NCBI GenBank assembly: GCA_964347265.1
Contig: CAYFXV010000004.1
Span: 1-49,808, forward strand
Direction of reading: 5' to 3'
DNA: 49,808 nt
Source of the DNA: an uncultured archaeon
GTDB taxonomy: Archaea; Aenigmatarchaeota; Aenigmatarchaeia; Aenigmatarchaeales; Aenigmatarchaeaceae
Part shown: piece by piece, positions 8,951-16,757 of the stretch
Position numbering within the stretch: the stretch's first letter is position 1
How the letters are laid out: every line of letters begins with the position of its first letter
Notes under the pieces: model-generated
What the model saw: only the letters and a program-made list of their open reading frames with translations
What the model was told of the DNA's origin: nothing
The model's database searches: none
Made by a program: the position numbers and the translations under genes

Positions 8951-10434
8951 AAGGAATTGATACCTTAATAGCGGCAGTTTTTATTATTTTAATTTCTATA
9001 GTGGGTATTATAATTGTTTTAGAAACCAGCCAATCTTCTATCGGAAGATTAGAAGAAATAAGTTTGATGGAAGAGGGTCGAGATATTTTAACTCAAATAG
9101 ATAACGCTGTTAGAGATGTTGCACAACAAGGTGAAGGATCAAGCAGAGTGTTGACAATTAGTGTAAGTGGTGGAAATTATTTTATAGACACAGAAAATGA
9201 AGCTGTTGTCTTTTCTATGTCTAGCCATTCCCAAATACTTGGTGTAGGTATTTCTAAAACTGAAGGAAACATAAACATGTTCGGAGAAATAAATAGAGTT
9301 TTTTTGAATATATCACATTCTAATGTAAATATTACTGAGGGAGGTAGATTCGGAAGGGGATATCATAATTTATTTATAAGAAACAATGGCTATGATTTTG
9401 CAAATCAAAAACAGATAATTAGTATATCATTAATACCAGTGTTGCCTCCAACTGCTATAACAGTTCAATTCAATCAGTCCGGTTCACCACTTATAGTGAG
9501 CGGAATTTATTTCAGTGGGTCTGCAGATGATTTAAACACTTTAGGTGAAGGAAGTACATACGATGTTGAAGAGGAGGGCTCAGTTTTTGGTGAATCACAG
9601 TATGCAAGACCAAGTTCTGATTTTTCAACAGGAAATTGGTTGGATTATCTATACAGTGAACCACTTTATGATGATATAGACGAGATTACAGTAGATGATG
9701 CTGATTATATTCAATCATCAATTAATCCTTCAGTTGATGTTTGTGATATAGGACTTTCATCTGTTACAGATCCCGAAGTTCATACAGGACATATTGTCAG
9801 ATATAGATATGCAGCAGTAATGTCAGGAACAGGTAAACCATCAGAAATAGATTTAGTAGTTAGACTCATGGAAGGCACTACTGAAATAGCAAGTTGGTCG
9901 CACAGTAATTTAGCTGGCGACCTTCCATTTGTAACATCAACACAAACACTTACGGAAGAACAAGCAAGTCTAATTTCAGATTATTCAAATTTAAGATTAA
10001 GATTCATAGCAAACAGGGTTGGAAGAGGTACAAGAGATATCTGGATTGAAATTTCATGGACAGAATTTGAGATTCAAGGCGAAGAAATTAATTATGAAGT
10101 AGAGGTTTGGCATAATTCTACTCCAATTAGCTATTCTGGAAATTTATACAGTATTAATGTTACTGTTAATTTCACAACTAATTTTTTTGACACATACTCT
10201 TTGCAAATTTATGATTGGACAAATTTACAATGGACTTCTACAGGTTGTGGTTCAGGTGATGTTCAACCAGACACACCAACACAATGGTGGTGTACTGAAA
10301 ATATTGACCCTATGAACTACAATTCTTCTGATAATATAGTAAGGATTAGAATTAAATCAACTGCTGATTCAGATCAAGGAACTTTAAAAGAAGATTACAT
10401 ACAATATTTTGTTAATTATATTCCACCTTCATAG
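8947..10434 (+). CDS. Large minor pilin / putative adhesin
   Basis: MKG/IDTLIAAVFIILISIVGIIIV class III signal; acidic, beta-rich C-terminal domains. Confidence 0.75.
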   Translation: MKGIDTLIAAVFIILISIVGIIIVLETSQSSIGRLEEISLMEEGRDILTQIDNAVRDVAQQGEGSSRVLTISVSGGNYFIDTENEAVVFSMSSHSQILGVGISKTEGNINMFGEINRVFLNISHSNVNITEGGRFGRGYHNLFIRNNGYDFANQKQIISISLIPVLPPTAITVQFNQSGSPLIVSGIYFSGSADDLNTLGEGSTYDVEEEGSVFGESQYARPSSDFSTGNWLDYLYSEPLYDDIDEITVDDADYIQSSINPSVDVCDIGLSSVTDPEVHTGHIVRYRYAAVMSGTGKPSEIDLVVRLMEGTTEIASWSHSNLAGDLPFVTSTQTLTEEQASLISDYSNLRLRFIANRVGRGTRDIWIEISWTEFEIQGEEINYEVEVWHNSTPISYSGNLYSINVTVNFTTNFFDTYSLQIYDWTNLQWTSTGCGSGDVQPDTPTQWWCTENIDPMNYNSSDNIVRIRIKSTADSDQGTLKEDYIQYFVNYIPPS

Positions 10435-10447
10435 AAACCTTTATATG
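10434..10447 (+). promoter_or_regulatory. BRE-TATA promoter of major pilin (probably leaderless mRNA)
   Basis: GAAACC-TTTATATG ending 24 nt before ATG 10471; no SD motif. Confidence 0.6.
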
Positions 10448-10470
10448 CAGAGTTTTGCAATTTTTATAAC

Positions 10471-10902
10471 ATGAAAGGAATATCTCCAATTATAGCATCG
10501 GTTTTGTTAATTGCAATAACTATGAGTATTGCTGTTGTTTTGGCAGCCTATGTTACTACTTATACTAGAGAGGCTACAGAAGCTATACCATCAGCTTGTA
10601 TTGGTGGAGCACTGTTCTTTACAGAAACTTCTCCAACATATGATTCAGGAACTTGTGAGATCACCGCAGGTATAGAAGCACAATTTGTTGATTTAAATGG
10701 TTTTGTGGTTCAAACTGACAGAGGTGGAGTTATAAGTAATCAACCAACTACAGGCGTTACAGAATTAGATGCAGGTGATGCTGGAACAGTATATGCAGAT
10801 TTAGGAATTTCACCATGTCCAACAGATGTAGATTATGTCAGAGTTACGACAGCAAATTGTTTCAATGTTAGAACAGCTTGGGCAGCACCAACAGTAGTTT
10901 AA
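10471..10902 (+). CDS. Archaeal type IV pilin (probable major pilin)
   Basis: Canonical MKG/ISPIIASVLLIAITMSIAVVL N-terminus; 4 Cys; own promoter. Confidence 0.9.
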   Translation: MKGISPIIASVLLIAITMSIAVVLAAYVTTYTREATEAIPSACIGGALFFTETSPTYDSGTCEITAGIEAQFVDLNGFVVQTDRGGVISNQPTTGVTELDAGDAGTVYADLGISPCPTDVDYVRVTTANCFNVRTAWAAPTVV

Positions 10903-10952
10903 TAGTTATTTTTTATTTTTAGAAGATTTATTTAGTTAGAGAGGTGATAAAA

Positions 10953-11120
10953 GTGGCATATAGTCATAAAAATAGTAGAGGAGATACTTTTTGGCTACAT
11001 CAAAAAGGAAAACTATTTTTCTTTTCTAGAAATCCAGAAGGAGCTATAGATTTACCTCCACATTTGGAAGTATTTGAAAATCCAAGAACAGGTTTGCCAA
11101 TGGTAAGGAAAAAGAAATAA
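10953..11120 (+). CDS. Small basic protein of unknown function (55 aa), not in ORF track
   Basis: GAGGTGA SD then GTG; MAYSHKNSRGDTFWLHQKGKLFFFSRNPEGAIDLPPHLEVFENPRTGLPMVRKKK. Confidence 0.85.
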   Translation: MAYSHKNSRGDTFWLHQKGKLFFFSRNPEGAIDLPPHLEVFENPRTGLPMVRKKK

Positions 11121-11169
11121 TAACTCTTTCTTTTTTAAATATTAGTTTTAAAATAATAAATAGAATAAT

Positions 11170-11676
11170 ATGCCTAAAAGAAAAAAATCTTCTAAAAGAA
11201 GAAAAAGAGTTTCTAGACTACCACTAATAGTTTTTCTAATAATTATTTTGCTCTCTTTTGTAACAATAGCATTGGTTAACATGATAAATTTTGAAGACTA
11301 TCTAATTGCAAATGTTTTAGAGGTTTCAGGAAATACAATAATACTAGGCAATAATTGTACTGCCATAGTTGCTCAAACTTCCCCTGAAAGGGCTCACTCT
11401 ATTGAAATTGGTAAAAAAGGTATCATAGAACAAAGACCAAACACTCATGACATATTTGCACAGACTTTAAAAAGCTTTAATATAACTTTAGAGCAGGTTA
11501 CATTAGATAATTTTGAAGAAGGAATCTATTATGCCAATTTGCATTTAAGATCGGGAAATAAATTTTTAGAACTAGATGTAAAACCCTCAGACGGTATTTC
11601 TTTAGCTTTGAGAACCAATTCTTCGATTTATATTAACAAAACTCTATTAGAAGAAATTGGTAAGAACATTTGTTAA
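11170..11676 (+). CDS. Bifunctional nuclease (DUF151) domain protein with N-terminal membrane anchor
   Basis: RPNTHDIF, GIYYANLHL, LDVKPSDGISLALR; basic N-terminus followed by TM helix. Confidence 0.8.
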   Translation: MPKRKKSSKRRKRVSRLPLIVFLIIILLSFVTIALVNMINFEDYLIANVLEVSGNTIILGNNCTAIVAQTSPERAHSIEIGKKGIIEQRPNTHDIFAQTLKSFNITLEQVTLDNFEEGIYYANLHLRSGNKFLELDVKPSDGISLALRTNSSIYINKTLLEEIGKNIC

Positions 11677-12051
11677 TTAATCTAAACAAATTCTACAATC
11701 TTTTATATCAGGAAAAACTTTAATATGAATATCACATAACAACTTTCTCTTTCTAATTGTTTTACAAATATTGCAAAACGAATCTAATCTGGTTAGTGAA
11801 TTTAAATTACCAGAAGCTATCCTATCAACAAAAATTTCAATCTCTTTATTTATATTTTCATCTTTTTCTATACTTTTAATTTTAGAACCTCTTAGATTTC
11901 TCATATATTGTGATATAGCAGATTGGGTTAAACCTAATTTTAAAGCAGCATTTTGTTGTGTTAGTTTATATTTTTCCATTAATCTTTTTGCTATTAAAGC
12001 TCTCATTGTAGGAAGGACATACTGTGCAACAATTTCACAATAGGGTTTCAT
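11677..12051 (-). CDS. XRE-type HTH transcriptional regulator (COG2522-like)
   Basis: MKPYCEIV..VLP.MRALIAK, LTQQNAALKLGLTQSAISQY, C-terminal CxxC...CxxH...CxxC. Confidence 0.85.
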   Translation of the reverse strand: MKPYCEIVAQYVLPTMRALIAKRLMEKYKLTQQNAALKLGLTQSAISQYMRNLRGSKIKSIEKDENINKEIEIFVDRIASGNLNSLTRLDSFCNICKTIRKRKLLCDIHIKVFPDIKDCRICLD

Positions 12052-12067
12052 TATAACACTGTTATAA
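12051..12067. promoter_or_regulatory. Inverted repeat, candidate operator
   Basis: TTATAAC-ACT-GTTATAA (7-3-7) abutting the start codon of the HTH regulator. Confidence 0.5.
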
Positions 12068-12233
12068 AATAGTATTACAAATTTAAATTTTTAACCCATG
12101 TCACTGAGTTAACCTCCGATATGTTTTATAACCGACCAGTAGTATGTATTTAAATATCTTACTATTATAATATTAATTACAAAACAGTAGCAAAGTTTAA
12201 ATATAGAGATTATTTAATAAATAGAGTGATGAA

Positions 12234-13040
12234 ATGATAGTTTCACAAGACGTTTTAGACGCATTAAAACAAATCGGTTTAAACCTTTATGAAAGAAAAC
12301 TTTGGGTTGCTTTGCTTTCAAGAGGAACATCTACAGCCGGTGAGTTATCAACATTAGCTAAAGTTCCGCACAGTAGAACTTATGATGTCTTAGAATCTTT
12401 AGCAGAGAAAGGTTTTGTAATGATACAATCAACAAAACCTTTAAAGTACATAGCAATTCCTCCAAAAGAGTCCTTAGAAAGAGCAAAGAAAAAATTAAAG
12501 GAAAAAATGGAAGTTGGTATAGATAGAATAGAAAAATTTCAAAAATCTTTAGTTATAAAAGATTTAGAAAGAGTTTACAAGAAAGGAGTTAAGATTGTTG
12601 AACCTGGAGAAATGACAGGAGCTTTAAAAGGTAGGGATGCTCTGCATAGACAGCTTGAAACAGTTTTTAAAAATGCTAAGAATGAGGTATCAATTTTTAC
12701 AACAGCAAAAGGTTTAATGGAGTTGAACTCAAACCATAGTGATATTCTAAAGAAAGCAGCTAAAAAGGGAGTAAAAATAAGAATAGCAACCCCACTTGGA
12801 AAAAATACATCTAAAATTATAAATAGTTTAAAACAATTTGCTGAAATAAGGAAAATTGATAAACCAAATATTGCAGGAAGATTCGTTGTTTCAGATGGTA
12901 GTCATGTTGTTATGGCATTAACAGACGAGGAAGTTCATCCAACACAAGATTTTTCAATGTGGAGCCAAAGCGAACATGTAGCAGAAGATCTATTAGGTCC
13001 AATGTTCAATTTCATTTGGAAAAATTTAGAACCAGCTTAA
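12234..13040 (+). CDS. TrmB-family transcriptional regulator / chromatin protein (TrmBL2-like)
   Basis: LKQIGLNLYERKLWVALL, GELSTLAKVPHSRTYDVLESLAEKGFV, C-terminal PLD-like fold. Confidence 0.9.
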   Translation: MIVSQDVLDALKQIGLNLYERKLWVALLSRGTSTAGELSTLAKVPHSRTYDVLESLAEKGFVMIQSTKPLKYIAIPPKESLERAKKKLKEKMEVGIDRIEKFQKSLVIKDLERVYKKGVKIVEPGEMTGALKGRDALHRQLETVFKNAKNEVSIFTTAKGLMELNSNHSDILKKAAKKGVKIRIATPLGKNTSKIINSLKQFAEIRKIDKPNIAGRFVVSDGSHVVMALTDEEVHPTQDFSMWSQSEHVAEDLLGPMFNFIWKNLEPA

Positions 13041-13086
13041 TAATTAAAATTATAATTCTGCTTCTGTTAAGGGTTAGTGCCCTTCA

Positions 13087-14979
13087 TCATTTCTTGTTCT
13101 TAATGTCATTAAGAATTTGTTTAACAAAATCTTTAACATTTACACCGAATTTAACTTTTCCGTCCCGGGTTCTAACTGCTATACTTTTATTCTTTTCTTC
13201 TTTGTCTCCTACAGTCAAAGCATAGGGAATCTTTTCTAACTGCGCATTTCTAATTTTATATTCAACTGTAGTAGAACTTCTATCAACTTCTACTCTTATA
13301 TCACATTTTTCTAATTCTTCTTTAATATGATTAGCAAATTTAAAATTTCTATCAGTTACGGGAACTATTCTTACTTGAATTGGAGACAACCAAAAAGGAA
13401 AAGCTCCTCCATAATGTTCCACTAAAATTCCTATGAATCTTTCTAATGCTCCATATATTGTTCTATGTATCATTACAATCCTATGTGGTTTGTTATCTTC
13501 TCCTACATAACTTAAATCAAATTTTTCAGGCATTGCCATATCAAGTTGTATTGTTCCACATTGCCATGTTCTTCCTAATACATCTTTTAGATGAAAATCA
13601 ATTTTAGGTCCATAAAAAGCTCCATCACCAGGATTTAATTTATAATCTATTTTTAATTCTTCTAATGCTTCTTTTAATGCTGCTTCTGCAGTTTCCCATT
13701 GTTCATCTGTTCCAATAGATTTTTCAGGTCTTGTTGAAAGTTCCATATGGTATTCAAGACCAAATGTTTTGTATATTTTATCTGAAAGTTTGATAACTCC
13801 AATAATTTCATCTTTTATTTGTTCATTTGTCATGAATATATGAGCATCGTCCTGAGTGATTGATCTTACTCTGAATAAACCTGAAAGAACTCCAGACAAT
13901 TCTTGTCTGTGAACAAGTCCGACTTCAGCCATTCTTAAAGGAAGTTCTCTATATGAATGAAATCTTGCTTTGTAAATTAACATTCCTCCAGGGCAGTTCA
14001 TCGGCTTTATTGCAAAATCTGCATCATCAATTTTAGTAAAATACATATTTTCTTTATAGTGGTCCCAATGTCCACTCCTTATCCAAAGATCTTTTCTCAA
14101 TATAATAGGCGTCTTAACTTCTACATAACCAGCTTTTTTGTGTTCTTCTCTCCAGAATTTCATTAACTCATTCCATAATATAACACCTTTTGGATGAAAC
14201 AGTGGCATTCCAGGAGCTTCTTCTTGGAAACTGTATAAATCTAGTTGCTGTCCAATTTTTCTATGGTCTCTTTCTTCTGCTTTTCTTTTTAAGTCTAAGA
14301 AAGCATTTAATTCTTTTTGGGTTCTAAATGAAATTCCATAAATTCTTTGTAGCATCGGATTGTTAGAATCTCCTCTCCAATAAGCTCCTGATAATTTTAT
14401 TAGTTTTATTGCTCCAATTTTTCCAGATGAAGGAACATGAGGACCTCTACACATATCAACAAAATCTCCTAATTTGTAAATAGAGATTTTTTCATCTTCC
14501 AATTCGCCTATTAACTCTAATTTGAATTTTTCTTTTGCAAACAATTTTTTAGCTTCTTGTTTTGAAATTTCCTTTTTTTCAAATGGTATATCTTTTTCAA
14601 TTATTTTTTTTATTTCATCTTCTATTTTTTCTAAATCTTCATCAGTGATTTTCAAATTATCAAAATCATAATAAAAACCTTCTTCTATAGAAGGTCCTAT
14701 ACCAAAATGAACATTAGGATAAACTTTCTTTACTGCAGCAGCCATTATGTGAGAAGAGCTATGCCAATAAACTTCTTTCCCTTTCTTATGATCAAAAGTC
14801 AAGATTTCTATTTTACAATCCTCTTTTATTGGATAGTTTAGATCAACTATTTTCTCATTTATTCTTGCAGCTAATGCATCTTTGAACAGTCTTTCTCCTA
14901 ACGTTTTTGCTATTTCTGCAGGAGTAATTCCATCTTTATGTTTTTCAGTTGACTCATCAGGAAATGTTATGTTAACCAT
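13087..14979 (-). CDS. thrS: Threonyl-tRNA synthetase, bacterial-type architecture
   Basis: TGS domain, WHSSSHIMA/DMCRGPH editing domain, RDHRKIG, KPMNCP, QDDAHIF, WQCGTIQLD. Confidence 0.97.
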   Translation of the reverse strand: MVNITFPDESTEKHKDGITPAEIAKTLGERLFKDALAARINEKIVDLNYPIKEDCKIEILTFDHKKGKEVYWHSSSHIMAAAVKKVYPNVHFGIGPSIEEGFYYDFDNLKITDEDLEKIEDEIKKIIEKDIPFEKKEISKQEAKKLFAKEKFKLELIGELEDEKISIYKLGDFVDMCRGPHVPSSGKIGAIKLIKLSGAYWRGDSNNPMLQRIYGISFRTQKELNAFLDLKRKAEERDHRKIGQQLDLYSFQEEAPGMPLFHPKGVILWNELMKFWREEHKKAGYVEVKTPIILRKDLWIRSGHWDHYKENMYFTKIDDADFAIKPMNCPGGMLIYKARFHSYRELPLRMAEVGLVHRQELSGVLSGLFRVRSITQDDAHIFMTNEQIKDEIIGVIKLSDKIYKTFGLEYHMELSTRPEKSIGTDEQWETAEAALKEALEELKIDYKLNPGDGAFYGPKIDFHLKDVLGRTWQCGTIQLDMAMPEKFDLSYVGEDNKPHRIVMIHRTIYGALERFIGILVEHYGGAFPFWLSPIQVRIVPVTDRNFKFANHIKEELEKCDIRVEVDRSSTTVEYKIRNAQLEKIPYALTVGDKEEKNKSIAVRTRDGKVKFGVNVKDFVKQILNDIKNKK

Positions 14980-15039
14980 AAAACCACTATATTACTATAT
15001 TTATATAATCTTTTCTTAATTTATTTTATAATTGTATTT

Positions 15040-15149
15040 AGCCCCGTAGTGTAGCGGCCAAGCACACAGGGCTTTGGTCATAAGACTAAAGCATTGAGCT
15101 TTGCTATGAAAGAAACCCTGTAACGCAGGTTCGAATCCTGCCGGGGCTA
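15040..15149 (+). tRNA. tRNA-Gln(TTG) with 37-nt intron (15078-15114) at 37/38
   Basis: A1-U72 acceptor AGCCCCG/CGGGGCT; CAGGG/CCCTG stem; BHB helix CTTT/AAAG and outer CATA/TATG. Confidence 0.93.
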
Positions 15150-15190
15150 TTCTTTTAAATAATTCTAAATAATGTTACTATTGTGATAAA

Positions 15191-15565
15191 ATGGCTGAAA
15201 GAACATTAGGGGTTACTATAATTGCAATTTTGGGTATTATAGGTGCAATTATAATGGTTATTGGCGGAATAATTTTGCTGTTTGTAGGAGCAGCCCTAGT
15301 AGCATTTCTCGGACCATTCGGTGCATTAGGAATCATTGGAGGTATAGTAGTCTTAATAGTTGGAATAATTCAGTTTTTAATTAGTTATGGATTATTTAAA
15401 ATGAAAAAGTGGGCACTATACGTAGAATTAATACTCTTGATAATAGGGATTGTAGGCAGTATAATAATGATGGCATATATCGGTGATTTAACACAAATAA
15501 TAATCATAATAATATACGCAATTATCTTTTACTACCTATACACCAAGAGAACTTTGTTTTCCTGA
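15191..15565 (+). CDS. Membrane protein of unknown function (about 4 TM)
   Basis: RTLGVTIIAIL...ISYGLFKMKKWA; hydrophobic throughout. Confidence 0.75.
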   Translation: MAERTLGVTIIAILGIIGAIIMVIGGIILLFVGAALVAFLGPFGALGIIGGIVVLIVGIIQFLISYGLFKMKKWALYVELILLIIGIVGSIIMMAYIGDLTQIIIIIIYAIIFYYLYTKRTLFS

Positions 15566-15649
15566 TACCCCATTTTTTTTATTTTTCATATTTAAACCAA
15601 AAGATTTTTAAAGTCTTATTTCTAAATATGCAAATACTCGGTGATAATT

Positions 15650-16072
15650 ATGGGAATGTTTAGTGGAAGAGAACTAAAAAAGAGAAAGAAAAAATACAAG
15701 TGGAAAAAAACGAAATATAAAGTCAGGACACTCCAACTAAAAAAGAAAAAAGATCCATTAGAAGGAGCTCCTCAAGCAAAAGGTATTGTTATTAAGAAAT
15801 ATGGAATAGAACAAAAGCAGCCCCATTCAGGTATAATAAAGGTTGTTAGAGTTCAATTGTTAAAAAACAAAAAAGAAATAACAGTTTTTGTTCCTAAATC
15901 TGGTGGAATAGGTTTTATTAATGAGCATGATGAGGTTGTTGTTGAAGGTGTTGGAGGTTCTCAGGGAGGTCCTGTTGGTTCTCAGCATGGTTTAAGATGG
16001 AAAGTTGTTAAAGTTAATAAAATTCCTTTATCAGAACTCTTAAGAGGAAAGGTTAAAAAAGAGGTTAGATAA
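15650..16072 (+). CDS. rps12: 30S ribosomal protein S12 (uS12), divergent
   Basis: DPLEGAPQAKGIV, VRVQLLKN, INEHDEV; GGTGA SD before ATG 15650; first gene of str cluster. Confidence 0.93.
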   Translation: MGMFSGRELKKRKKKYKWKKTKYKVRTLQLKKKKDPLEGAPQAKGIVIKKYGIEQKQPHSGIIKVVRVQLLKNKKEITVFVPKSGGIGFINEHDEVVVEGVGGSQGGPVGSQHGLRWKVVKVNKIPLSELLRGKVKKEVR

Positions 16073-16671
16073 TGTCTTTAAAAATTTTTGATAAATGGGA
16101 AGTAGAAAATATCGATGTTAATGATAATGGTCTAAAAAATTATATAAATTTAAAACCTCTTATAGTCCCTAAAACATTTGGGAGATTTGCAGCAAAGCAA
16201 TTTCATAAAAGTCAAATGAATATAGTAGAAAGACTTGCAAATCATCTTTTTGTTACAGGTCATAGAGGTAAAAAACATCTTATTACAAGTGGGAGAAATG
16301 TTGGAAAAACCTTTAAAGTTTGGAAAATAATTAAAGACACATTTGATATTCTTGAAAAAAATGCAAATAAAAACCCTATAGAAGTTTTTGTTAGAGCTGT
16401 GGAGAATGCTGCTTTGAGAGAAGAGATAACTTCTTTCCAAGTTGGTGGTATAATTGTTAGAAAAGCTGTTATAACTTCACCACAAAGAAGAGTTGATATT
16501 GCTTTAAGATTAATAACACAAGGGGCATATCAAAAGGCTTTTGCTAATCCTAAAAAAATGGCCGAATGCTTAGCTGATGAAATATTTGCTGCTTATAATA
16601 GTGATTCTTCAAAATCTTATGCTGTAAAAGAAAAAGAGAGAAAGGAAAGAGAAGCTGGTGGAGCAAGATAG
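16072..16671 (+). CDS. rps7: 30S ribosomal protein S7 (uS7)
   Basis: NIVERLAN, NPIEVFVRAVENAALREE, SPQRRVDIALR, AECLADEI. Confidence 0.96.
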   Translation: MSLKIFDKWEVENIDVNDNGLKNYINLKPLIVPKTFGRFAAKQFHKSQMNIVERLANHLFVTGHRGKKHLITSGRNVGKTFKVWKIIKDTFDILEKNANKNPIEVFVRAVENAALREEITSFQVGGIIVRKAVITSPQRRVDIALRLITQGAYQKAFANPKKMAECLADEIFAAYNSDSSKSYAVKEKERKEREAGGAR

Positions 16672-16716
16672 TTAGGTTATTTTCATATAAGTTAGTTTTT
16701 CTAAAATTCCAAAACA

Positions 16717-16724
16717 TTTAAATA
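16717..16724 (+). promoter_or_regulatory. TATA box upstream of EF-2 gene
   Basis: AAAACA-TTTAAATA in the rps7-fusA intergenic region. Confidence 0.5.
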
Positions 16725-16757
16725 TGAATACCTCTTATTATTTCAAGTTGTGGTATT

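Noticed and set aside
4582-10902. Archaellum (motility) operon
   Set aside because: No ArlI ATPase, ArlF/G or recognisable archaellin; two TadC-like genes and multiple minor pilins fit a type IV pilus
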